Assembly: GCA_030390025.1 (NCBI GenBank)
Contig: CM059428.1
Span: forward strand, 147,188,001 to 147,252,000
Reading direction: 5' to 3'
Source: Squalus acanthias
Taxonomy: Eukaryota
Length of the DNA stretch: 64,000 bases
In this document: positions 51,481 through 62,995 of the stretch, in pieces
Layout: the number at the start of each line of letters is the position of its first letter
Position numbering within the stretch: the first letter of the stretch is position 1
Notes under the pieces: model-generated
What the model was told of the DNA's origin: nothing
The model's database searches: none
Seen by the model: the letters and a program-made list of their open reading frames with translations, nothing else
Position numbers and translations under genes: made by a program

Positions 51481-53221
51481 AACATCAGGGGATCCTATTT
51501 TTAAACTCATATTAGAAAGTTAAACTACAATCCTGAACAGGACAACTACTTTCTAGCTTTACAGTTTGTAAATCTACAAACCTTTAAGTGAGATAGAAAA
51601 CGAAATTACGATTTCACATTTGACTTGAAAAAAGTTTTCAACCTGAGGCAATTGAAATTACTGTGCACTTTATGTTGTTAACATTACATTTACTATTTTG
51701 CCAATTCGTAGCTAGATGAAGTGCCTCACCAAGGTAGAGTATTCTGTATTCAACTTAGATAATCTTTTCTTCTATTGGTGGGAAAAGGCATTTGCAAGAC
51801 TAATAAAAAAAATAGATGGTCTGTATCTATCAGTCAAAGAAGATAGCATAAAGGCAAATTGTACTCTCAGTATTTCTCACAAAGTGGAGGAAAATCCTGA
51901 TAAACTTTACTTTTGTTAATGTTGCTACTGTTTGAAATTAAATGTACTTGAAAAGAAGAGAAAATGCTACAGAAAGTAAAATTTAGTTGTAATATTTAAG
52001 ATTCAAAGGACTGCAGGCAGTTCATCATCCAACAAATTAAATCATGAAGTGTTAGAATGTAGCTTTAAGCCCATGGATCTCCCATATGCCAAGGTTTTAA
52101 TCTCAGCCATATGCCAACCTTCTTAACCTCAGACATAAGGACTGTATGAGTGCACCGTAGGCACCTCCCTACAAGGAATGTGGGTAAGTCACCTTGGGAG
52201 GCTGAGTCAAGACCAACATGGCCAGAGCCTGCTCTCAGCAGTGGGAAATGATGTAGAGAGAAGATGAGGAAAAATGTAAAATCAGGACATGGGAAAATAA
52301 ATTCTAAAATGACAATGATGAGTTATTTAATGTCTACCAACCTATCACACCATTTATTGCACCAACTACTCCGAACTTATTCCTTAAGTAGGGCAATAAA
52401 CTTCAAATTACTAGAAAATTAATTTTAAAATTGACAATTGAAAATTACTACATTATGCATTTAAATAGTCCTCTACTCTGTTCCTATGGGGCTGTGCTAA
52501 TATTTGAAAAACACTGCTTTCCCAAAATTATTTATATAAAGGCAATGATGGGCAGATTAAGTCCACTACATGACCAGCCAGTAGTGTTACTTGATAGTTA
52601 TCATTTTAGTGAAAGCAACAAAATAGACTGAAGAGCTTTAATACACAAATCTGTACCTGCAGTAGCAGCTTTCATTTTTTTGTCTATGACATATGTACAA
52701 TTCCTTTAACTTCCACTGCTCTATGAATGTGCCAAAACTAGCATCAAGGCAGACAACAGTATCAAATAATACATTTCACAGAACAGGTCAGATTTGCATA
52801 CATTTTTTTGACTTACTTAATGATACCTCTATTTTCAACTGAATCAGGGAATACCCAGTTATTTTGAAGACCGACACTATTGTGAAAAGGATAAAGATTT
52901 ATAAAATATACATACACGCACACATACATATATGCACATTTATATACTGTATGTCCATACACATCCAAACACATTTTATTACAAGATTCCATATTTTGCC
53001 ATCAACTACATCCACAATTTCCAACATGAGCCAATGGAACAGGAATCCTGACTAATTTTCCCCTCCCTTTCCCCAGGTGTTGAAGCAACTTGTAGCATGC
53101 CACGTGATTAGCTAACTCAGCACAGACCCACGATACTATGGTCGATATGGCTCAGTTACACTTACTATCTATCAACAAAGACATCTTCTCAAGAATTCTG
53201 TTTAATGGTAACTTTTACATT

Positions 53222-53955
53222 ATTTTGCAGTAGAAATAACAGTGAGGCTATCAGCGCTCACCGCTATTAAAGGAGTAAATCGGACAACTTCCAACGCCCA
53301 CACATGTGCAATTAAATGTGGAAATCAGGAAGTTGCTGTCCAAGTTGCCCTGCTCCTCCAGAAGCTTCGCTACACTGGTATCTCGTCAAGAGACTCGGCA
53401 TTCAAGTGAAGTTGGGGTATTTATGTGATAGATACCCACTAATCATGGCAGAAACAGTTAGGGCTTGTCTATTTACGTGTAAGTGAATTTTTAATGGCAT
53501 GATAAGTCTTAATTACTGTCAAACAATCGCTCTAGCACGGAAAATTAACTTTTACAAGTATGGAGTCTCATGTTTTCAGATTTTGATTATTGTTGGAGAT
53601 TTTAAAAAATTTAAAAACTGAAATAAAACTTTCTTTACTTTTCTTACCTCTCTCTCTCTTAATCCCATCTTTCTTTCCCTCTCTTTATTTCACTTTCTGT
53701 ACATAATTTAGTTTCTAAATTTACACTTCCTGGTTTGGACTCTGCTCTGTTCAGTAAGGATTCTCCAATCTGATTGGTTAAGGAGACACACCGTTTGCTT
53801 GCCCTGTTCGCACAGATCCCGATGCCCTGTAGATTAATTTTGATTTCTAATAACCACAATTTCCAGGGCAAAAGCCCATAAAGTGTCTGTGGGCAAGTGT
53901 AAGTGTAATAAATGGCTGGTATCATTTGTTCGCCGCTAACCTCAAAATCCAGGCC
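53222..53955 (+). mobile_element. Non-autonomous DNA transposon, family copy 3 (left terminus clipped)
   Basis: attttgcagtagaaataacagtgaggctatcagcgctcacc ... caaaatccaggcc|att. Confidence 0.72.
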
Positions 53956-55456
53956 ATTATATTTTCTATGCCCAGAAAAACTACAAGTTATTTTCAGGAA
54001 AAATTAGAACACTAACTTAAGCTGCATTTACTTTCTTTATATTAACCGAACTATGCAATCACTGCATAGTGGTCTATTTGGGGAAAGACAACTGGAAGAG
54101 TTGCCATTTGTGCATCCAAATCCTGAATTTGAAATGGTTTAATCCCTCCAATCGCAGTGAGGAACTTGATATTGATGCCTTAAGTCTATATGATAGTTTC
54201 ACTCCCAGGAGGCACTAAAGATCACTATGCATCACCAAGAACACAATTTTGAGCTTTTCATAGAAAAATGGACCAATCACAGAATATGACAACCAAATCC
54301 AGAAAATCCCATAATCCCATTTAATAAAAATGGAATCTGACTTAGTCACTGCAAACCAGCAGAGAATGCAGAATATGATGCCTATACACCAGAAGTAGTT
54401 TTGGAATGCCACACAATATAAATGGAATTTGACTTATTCAGTCACTGCAAAACAATAGCCCTGCACACGACTCTACCCCTCTAATTTTCCTTCACTACTC
54501 TAGGAGATGCTGCAGCCTCTGCTCAAAAATATCAAATTGGAAATAGAGTGACTTAGGGATCTAGTATGCGCTCATTCCCCACTCAGTGCTCTAAAGCTTA
54601 GCGCTACCAAGCTAGCCCAATAATCAATCAAGGACTCCCAAGTACTGATATACATATCTGCTCTGAATGATTTTCTTCTCAAATTTTAAGTAAACCCTTA
54701 GTATCTTAAATTAATCTACACAATGAACTAACGTAATTACCATATGACAGGAACAGTATTTGACAAAATCACTATAGGTCACAGTAAAAATCATTGGACC
54801 ACCAACATGACAGAATCTGCATTACTTCAGCCTTATAATTGTTAGCTTTCAGAAGGAGATTGTGAAAAAATATCCTAAAGTACCTTTCTGGAAATATTCT
54901 TGCAGTCCAATGACCATGAACCAACATCAGAATATATTAATTGATTGATCAAATCAGTTCCACCAGCACTTAATATATATTTATTAGCAAACCTGTATTC
55001 ATTTTAAATGTTTCTATTCTGTCAAGCAACCACCATGTTGTACTATTGTTTCAGGAACCTTGAAACAACTTTACTTCTAATTTTAGGAACCATAATTCAA
55101 ATGACAATGGAAACATTCAGTATTATTACTTGGACATTTAGTGATTGAGGAAGTTGCAAAATAGGGTTGCTATGTAGGGGCCACCATAGTTATAGCAGAC
55201 AATGCATCACAGTGAAGTGATTACTTTTACCATAATTTGATTTTCCGTCAAAAACCCAGATTTGTTTTAATCAATCACAGAGGCAGAGATAAAAACATAT
55301 CAACTTAACAGAAAATAAGTGTAACTAAAAATTCCAGAAAAGGTTTGTAGAAGGTACAAGCCTCAAGAAGAACAATGAGGCAATACATTTCTATTCCTTT
55401 TTTTTTTAAAGAGCAAAATTACCATAATCTTCTATGCAGTAATATGAAATTCCTAC

Positions 55457-56182
55457 CTGCAACTGTTCCGTGGAACTGCTACTATGTTCATCTCCAGATT
55501 CAGAGTCTTGATGATGCCTTTCTGAACTCTCTGGAACCCATTCACCTGAATGTTCAAGAACCAAGTTCTTAATTTTCTCTACATCCAGGGGTTCAAAATC
55601 CTGTGGCTGTCCTGGGATGCGGTTCGGACTTGTAACTTTTAAATACTGTGATTCACTCTCTCCGGGTCCTTGACTCTGGTTACTAGCTTTGGCACTACTT
55701 TGGACTCCAGAATGCAAATGGACCATCCCTTGAACACAAGCCTTGTCCTGGTTCTGCGTTTGGCTCGTGGTCTGGTTCTGTGCAGAAGTCTGGGCTTGCG
55801 ACTGTCCCATAGAGGATTTGAAAGAGCTGGAGTAATCTAGTGGTTTGGAAAGATTTTCAGTGGACACCTGCAGTAGCTTGGCATCTGCATTTAAACTAGC
55901 AGATTTGACTTTAACAGAACTGGGTACATGTTTCACTGGTGGCATTAATGCCTTCCGAGGTAGTTCTTTAACATACTGTGCTGGAAGATAAAAAGGCTTT
56001 GAGCTATCTTCCTTCTTAACCTGCCACCAATCACTATTTGTCTTCTTCAACAAAATATACCTTTCACCTTGCTTTATTGAAATCTTTCTATCTTTTGCCT
56101 CGTACTCATAATCATACTCCACCTCAATATAGACCTGTCCTGGAACAATAGGTACATCTGGGTTTCCGTCTTTCTCAGCCAT
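55457..56182 (-). CDS. ARHGAP12: First coding exon of Rho GTPase-activating protein 12 (N-terminal SH3 domain plus linker); partial gene, downstream exons not found in window
   Basis: Translates as MAEKDGNPDVPIVPGQVYIEVEYDYEYEAKDRKISIKQGERYILLKKTNSDWWQVK...PFYLPAQYVKEL...KALMPPVK...HQDSESGDEHSSSSTEQLQ, matching the vertebrate ARHGAP12 N-terminus as I recall it. ATG at 56182; phase-0 donor CAG|GTAGGA after 55457; 726 nt = 242 codons. Confidence 0.93.
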
Positions 56183-56249
56183 CTCAAAGAAACTATTGTT
56201 CACCTTTTGAAGCTGGCAGTAATCCACATGATTTGTTTCCAATGTTTCA
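56183..56249 (-). other. ARHGAP12: 5'UTR part of the first coding exon of ARHGAP12
   Basis: Acceptor ttttccccatctttAG|tgaaac with AG at 56251-56250. The listed ORF extension MCVCVFFPIFS is only the translated (TG)n/pyrimidine tract. Confidence 0.8.
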
Positions 56250-56265
56250 CTAAAGATGGGGAAAA

Positions 56266-56285
56266 ACACACACACACACACACAC
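56266..56285. repeat. (AC)10 microsatellite abutting the splice-acceptor pyrimidine tract
   Basis: Seen directly; reads (GU)10 in the minus-strand pre-mRNA. Confidence 0.95.
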
Positions 56286-57524
56286 GTGTAAATATTGCTT
56301 GTTTATCCTTAATATGAAGATCATTGTAGAACTCTGATATCATTGTAAATCTTTATTGCAAGCCTATATCACTGTACATTTTTGCAATTTTTAGATGATT
56401 TAAAACCAATGAACTTGCATATCACAGTTTTCTTATACAATCTTAAAATTACTGCTTTAGTCAGAATTAAATCTAATCTCTGAATTACTGTAGGCTCTTT
56501 TAATTAAATCATTTTTGCTACAACAAATTTCCACCACATAATCATCAACTGATATACTATATATGCAACTCAAACAGATTATTGAGACAGATTTAGAAAA
56601 CAAAGCAAGATGAGAATAAAGGTAGTTTAAGCAGAAAAAGATTATAAAAAAAATTAGACAATGCAAAAGTCACATTATTGAGTTGTCAAAAACATAACAC
56701 AGCAACAAAAAGAAAAGCTGCAGGGTGAATTGATGACAACAATTAAATAAAATTGCAGTTTTCAGAAACAAAACAAACAGCTTCTGAAAAGAATTACAAA
56801 AACTAAAGATACTGAAGCAGAATTCTAAAAAACATGCATAGACTTCCCAAGTTAAGTACAACAGGGTTAAGATTTTCAGGTGCTATTGTAATATCTATAA
56901 AATAGCAGATCTCACATGACATTGCTCACAGTAAATCAGATAAAACACCATTCTAGAAGTGCAGGAGTGTTATGCTGTGTAATGAACAACACAATCTATT
57001 CCACTTACTTCAAAGTCACTTCATCCAAATATGATAATTCAAACGCTGGCATGGACTGGTTGGGCCGAATGGCCTGTTTCTGTGCTGTATATTCTATGTA
57101 ATGCTATGTAAAGAACTACTAACTTTTATCATGTGTTTATAAGGGGGTACAACATCTCAGGATTCCAACGACTTTATAAACCACTCATGGTTTATGTCTT
57201 CTGAGCTTTTTAAATTGTGTTACTGTCGATATAACTTTATAATATTTACAGGTTACAGTTCTAGCTCGGTATTTGAGGGTTCTGCTCGTTAGACACAAGC
57301 TGTGAGGAGGTTGTCCAAATTAAATTTAGGGAACCAATGAAAACCGCCTTTGGCTTTGCACCAGCTGCAGTATAACTGCACCAGTGTCAAATGAAGTTTA
57401 AAAAGTTACTGAGCAGTCTGTACAAATAATTGTGTGCATAACTCTATATTTCCTAGCCAGAAAGCAATGCAGAACCAGCATTAGAACTTAGGTCTACCAA
57501 CCACATCATGCTAAATAACAGTAG

Positions 57525-58640
57525 TTGCGCCTTTTACTAGGGAGCACTCTGGCCTTGGAGTCAGAAGGTTGTGGGTTCAAGCCCCACTCCAGGGACATGA
57601 GCACATAATCCAGGCTGACACTTCAATGCAGAACTGAGAGAGTGTTGCACTGTCGTAAGTGTCATATTTCGAATGAGATGTTAAACAGAGGTCTGCATTT
57701 CTCAGGTGAATGTAAAAGATCCCATGGCATTATTCGAAGAGCAGGGGCGTTCTCTCAGGTGTCCTTGCATAGTCTTACATAGGATTTACAGCACAGAAAC
57801 AGGCCATTCGGCCCATGCCGGTGTTTATGCACTGCACGAGCCTCCTCCGACCCTTCATCTAATCATCAACATATCCCTCTATTCCTTTCTCCCTCATGTG
57901 TTTGTCTAGCTTCCCCTTAAATGCATCTATGCTAATCGCCTCAACTACTCCATGAAGTAGCGAGTGCCACATTCTAGGTAAAGAAGTTTCTCCTGAATTT
58001 CCTACTGGATTTAGTGACTCTCTCATATTTATGTCCCCCAGGTCTGGTCTCTCCCGCATGTGGAAACATCTTCTCTATGTCTACCCCATCAAACCCTTTC
58101 ATAATCTTAAAGACCTCTATCAGGTGACCGCTCTGTCTTCTCTTTTCTAGAGAAAAGCACCCCAGCCTGTTCAATCTTTCCTGATAGGTATCACTCCAGT
58201 AAATCTTTTTTGCACCTTCTCCAGTGTCTCTATTTTCTTTTTATAATAGAGACCAGAACTGTTCACAGTACTCCAAGTGTGGTCTAACCAAGGTTCTATA
58301 CAAGTTTAACGTAACGTCTCTGCTTTTCAATTCTATCCCTCTCGAAATTAACCCCAGTGCTTTGTTTGCTTTTTTAAAAATGCACTGGCCTTATTAACCT
58401 AGGTCGCTACTTTTAGTGATTTGTGTATCAGTGTCCTGGTCAAAATTTCTCTCTCAACCTACATTACTAAAACCGATTATCTGGTCATTATCTCATTGCT
58501 GTTTGTGGCAACTTGCTGTGCGCAAATTGGCTGCACGTTTTCCTACATTACAAAAGTGACTATACTTCAAAAGTACTTCATTGCTATAAAGCGATTTGGG
58601 ATGTCCTGAGGTTGTGAAAGGCACTGTATAAATACAAGTT
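57525..58640 (+). mobile_element. DeuSINE (SacSINE1-like) split by CR1
   Basis: B box GGGTTCAAGCC at ~57573; Deu block; 3' half resumes at 58431. Confidence 0.8.
57766..58430 (-). mobile_element. CR1 3' fragment nested in a DeuSINE
   Basis: Same family as 28246-28753; GTGTCCT duplicated at 57759-57765 and 58431-58437. Confidence 0.85.
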
Positions 58641-58729
58641 CCCGCTCACATTTTTTTCTTGCATATTACGCAGATGTACGAAAAAGACTCTTAACTTTTA
58701 GAAAGTTAATTATTTCCTTTAAAAAAAAA

Positions 58730-61600
58730 TTCACTCACAGGATGTGGGCGTCGCTGGCAAGGCCAGCATGAGGGGGTGGACATATGAGGAGAGGTTGAGT
58801 AGATTGGGACTCTACTCATTGGAGTTCAGAAGAATGAGGGGCGATCTTATTGAAACATAGAAGATTGTGAAGGGGCTTGATCGGGTGGATGTGGTAAGGA
58901 TGTTCCCAAGGATGGGTGAAACTAGAACTAGGGGGCATAATCTTAGAATAAGGGGCTGCTCTTTCAAAACTGAGATGAGGAGAAACTTCTTCACTCAGAG
59001 GGTAGTAGGTCTGTGGAATTTGCTGCCCCAGGAAGCTGTGGAAGCTACATCATTAAATAAATTTAAAACAGAAATAGACAGTTTCCTAGAAGTAAAGGGA
59101 ATTAGGGGTTACGGGGAGCGGGCAGGAAATTGGACATGAGGCTGAGTTCGGATCGGTCGAGGCCCTGTGGGTGGCGAAGCGGGCCCAGGGGCTGAGTGGC
59201 TGGGTCCTGCTCCTACTTCTTGTGTTCTTTAGATTTGAGGGGAGGATCAGATCAGCCATGATCTTATTGAATGGCGGAGCAGGCTCGAGGGGCCGCTTGG
59301 CCTACTCCTGCTCCTATTTCTTATGTTATGTTCTTATTGCCCATCCCTAATTGCCCTCGAGAAGGTGGTGGTGAGCCGCCGCCTTGAACTGCTGCAGTCC
59401 GTGTGGTGAAGGTACTCCCACAGTGCTGTTAGGTAGGGAGTTCCAGGATTTCGACCCAGCGATGAAGGAACGGCGATATATTTCCAAGTCAGGATGGTGT
59501 GTGACTTGGAGGGGAACTTGGGGAGGTGGTGGTGTTCCCATGCGCCTGCTGCCCTTATCCTTCTAGATGGTAGAGGTCGCGGGTTTGGGAGATGTTGTCG
59601 AAGTAGCCTTGGCGAGCTGCTGCAGTGCATCTTGTAGATGGTACACACTGCGGCCACGTCACGCCAGTGGTGGAGGAAGTGAATATTAAAGGTGGTGGAT
59701 GGGGTGCCGATCAAGCGGACTGCATTGTCCTAGATGATGTCGAGCTTCGAGTGTTGTTGGAGCTGCATCCATCCAGGCAAGTGGCGAGTATTCCATCACA
59801 CTCCTTACTTGTGCCTTGTAGGCGGTGGAAAGGCTTTGGGGAGTCAGTAAATGAGTTACACGCTGCAGAATACCCAGCCTCTGGCCTGCTCTTGTAGCCA
59901 CAGTATTTATGTGGCTGGTCCAGTTAAGTCTCCAGCTAATGGTGACCCCCCAGGATGTTGGGGAGGGATTCAACGATTGTAATGCCATTGAATATCAAGG
60001 GGAGGTGGTTAGGCTCTCTTTTGTTGGAGATGGTCATTGCCTGGCACTTGTGGTGCGGATATTGCTGGTCACTTATCAGCCAAAGCCTGGATGTTGTCCA
60101 GACCTTGCTGCATGTGGGCAGAGACTCCTTTGTTATCTGAGGAATTGCGAATGGAACTGAACATTGTGCAGTCGTCAATGAACATCCCCACTTCTGACCT
60201 TATGATGGCGGGAAGGTCATTGATGAAGCAGTTGAAAATGGTTGGGCCTAGGACACTGCCCTGAGGAATCCCTGCAGCAATGTCCTGGGGCGGACATGAT
60301 TGACCTCCAACAACCACAACCATCTTCCTTTGTGCTAGGTATGACTCCAGCCAGTGAAGAGTTTTCCCCCGATCCCTGTTGATTTTTACTCGGGCTCCCT
60401 GATGCCACACTCGGTCAAATGTTGCCTTGATGTCAAGGGCAGTCACCTCACCTCTGGAATTCAGCTATTTGTCCATGTTTGGACCTAGGCTGTAATGAGA
60501 TCGGCAGCCAAGTGGCCCTGGCGGAACCCAAACTGGGTATCGGTGAGTAACTGCTGCTCGACAGCACTGTCGATGACACCTTCCATTCACTTTGCTGATG
60601 ATTGAGAGTAGGCTGATGGAACAGTAATTGGCTGGATTAGATTTGTCCTGCTTTTTGTGGACAGGACATACCTGGGCAATTTTCCACTTAGTTGGGTAGA
60701 TGCCAGTGTTTTAGCTGTACTGGAACAGCTTGGCTAGAGGCACAGCTAGTTCTGGAGCACAAGTCTTCAGCACTACAGCCAGGATATTGTTATTCAGCAC
60801 TATAGCCTTTGCCGTATCCAGTGCGCTCAGTCGTTTCTTGATATCATGTGGAGTGAATCGAATTGGCTGAAGAATGGCATCTGTGATGGTGGGGACCTCA
60901 GGAGGAGGCTAATATGGATCATCCACTCAGCACTTCTGGCTGAAGATGGTTGCAAATGCTTCAATCTTGTCTTTTGCACTCACGTGCTGGGCTCTGCCAT
61001 CATTGAGGATGGGGATATTCATGGAGCCTCCTCCTCTCATTAGTTGTTTAATGGTCCACCACCATTCACGATTGGATGTGGCAGGACTAGAGAGCTTTGA
61101 TCTGATCCCTTGATTGTGGGATCGCTTAGCCCTGTCTATAGTATGCTGCTTCCGCTTTTTGGCATGCATGTAGTCCTATGTTGCAGCCTCCCCAGGTTGA
61201 CACCTCATTTTTAGGTACGCCTGGTGCTGCTCCTGGCATGCTCTTCTACACTCCTTATTGAACCAGGGTCGGTCCCCTGGCTTGATGGTAATGGTTGGGT
61301 GAAGGATATGCCGGGCCATGAGGTTACAGATTGTGGTGGAATACAATTCTGCTGCTGCTGATGGCTCACAGTGCCACATGGATGCCCAGTTTTGAGCTGC
61401 TAGATCTGTTCTGAATCTATCCCATTTAGCACAGTGGTAGTGCCACACAACACAATGGAGGGTGTCCTCAGTGTCAAGATGGGACTTCGTCTCCACAATG
61501 ACTGTGCGATGGTGACTGCTACCAATACCGTCATGGACAGATGAAGCTGCGACCAGTAGATTGGTGAGGATGAGGTCAAGCAGGTTTTTCCCCTCGTGTT
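58730..61600 (-). mobile_element. 5'-truncated copy of the same LINE family, interrupted by CR1 at 58770-59333
   Basis: Collinear with 29173-31430. The host motif ggccagcat|ttattgcccatccc is split by the CR1 insertion. Confidence 0.88.
58770..59333 (+). mobile_element. Young 5'-truncated CR1 with two tandem 3' UTR modules
   Basis: ORF 58867-59139; modules at ~59139-59231 and ~59233-59333, both ending ctgctccta.ttctt.tgtt. Confidence 0.88.
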
Positions 61601-62170
61601 TGTTAAATTATCAGAAGCTTTCCTTAATTTAATCTAAAACCAGTTCATATTTCTGGTCTACAAAGAGATCATTTAGTGTGTATCAAACGTCTTTAGAAAT
61701 ACGGTTTAAGACAGGAACAGACACAGCTTCAACGACAAACCTGCAAAGTAAAAATCTTGTAGTTGCATCTCTGTGTCATGTCGTAACTTGCCGACCAGTT
61801 CATTCCTGATCAGTAATACATTTTTCTAGGTGTTTTAGTCAGACGAGGTTTTTAAAACCAATATATAAATTAGTGTGTGTATATAGGCCACACACACAGT
61901 GTCACTCAATTCAACATTGCACTGTATTAGCTATGGCACATTTTTCATGCGATCAATAATTTCTATAATAAATACACACACAGTGTCAGGGCAATACACA
62001 AAAGTGAAGAAAAAACCCTCAGCTCTGGTGATGAAATAATAAATGAGGCAGAGAGAGAAATGAGCATGCATTTCAGAAATATCTGAAAGTTTATGAACTG
62101 CTCTTCCCCCCCTTTAGATATAAAACATTTAAATGCAATAACCATCACATTGAAACCTGACTCCCACAGA

Positions 62171-62173
<3 letters not shown>

Positions 62174-62207
<34 letters not shown>
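62174..62207. repeat. (TG)17 microsatellite
   Basis: Seen directly. Confidence 0.95.
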
Positions 62208-62209
<2 letters not shown>

Positions 62210-62498
62210 GGGGGGTCAGTGCGCGCCAGCCCGAGTCGGTGCGATTGTTGATCTCTGTGTGTTATTTAAATAATTTATTATTTATGAAGGGGGCGGGCGG
62301 AAGGCGCTGAATCAATCTCAGGTTTCCTTGTGGTTGCCGCTTCCTCCTTGGTTTTAACCGAGGCCCCGGTCTCGGCCTCACCGCCCACATACACACACAC
62401 ACCGCGGGAGGAAGGGGAGGCCGTCAGTTCATGCTTTACACACATTAGATGATTATGGAGAGGGAAACACAAACCAGAGAGAGAAACTTTTCACTCAC

Positions 62499-62760
62499 GG
62501 TCACTTTACTCAGCAAAAGTTTGAGCAATAAAAAATAGCCATCACGCACCTGCTCCGGAGGGTGGGAGCGGCCGCGGGAGGAGGAGGTTTAATTTCCCGG
62601 CGAGCTGCTTCAATATCCGTGAGTTGACGGCTCCCCCGCAGATTTGATTTTCTATTATTTTTTAATCCCTCCTCAGCCGCCTTCTGGCGTCGAACAAACA
62701 AGATTTCGCCTCGTTTCCACTCGGTGACGTTTGGGTCGCGCGCGTGCGCGTTCCCGCCGC
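62499..62760 (-). other. Candidate non-coding first exon of ARHGAP12 (5' boundary unknown)
   Basis: Minus-strand donor ACC|GTGAGT (GT at 62498-62497) inside the CpG island, just downstream of the NRF1-motif array. Inference only. Confidence 0.45.
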
Positions 62761-62809
62761 CGCCGCCACCCTTCTTCGTCTGTCTCGCGGACACGCGCGT
62801 GTGCTCCCC

Positions 62810-62995
62810 GCCCGCCTTCTGCTGTCCCGTGGACGTGCGCATGCGTTCACCCCCTGCCCTCCTTCTGTGGTCCCTGGGACGTGCGCATGCGTTCACCACC
62901 CCCTGCCCTCCTTCTGCAGTCCCGCCGACATGCGCATACGTTCACCCCCTGCCCTCCTTCTGCTGTCCCGCCGACGTGCGCATGCGCTTCCCTTT
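62810..62995. repeat. Minisatellite, ~4 units of 46-49 bp, each with an NRF1-type motif
   Basis: Unit ~ccccctgccctccttctgctgtcccgccgacgTGCGCATGCGttca. Motif starts at 62836, 62882, 62931 (variant TGCGCATACG) and 62977. Confidence 0.9.

Noticed and set aside
55406-56281. The 291-aa ORF as a complete single-exon protein
   Set aside because: Both ends run past splice sites. MCVCVFF is a microsatellite/pyrimidine tract and VGISYY... is intron; the coding part is 55457-56182.
61703-61740. Possible small non-coding second exon (ttttactttgcAG|gtttg)
   Set aside because: The acceptor is good but the only nearby donor (CC|GTATTT) is weak, so it cannot be supported without transcripts.
62810-62995. 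CRISPR-like array
   Set aside because: Whole units are repeated with no unique spacers, the context is vertebrate, and there are no cas genes.
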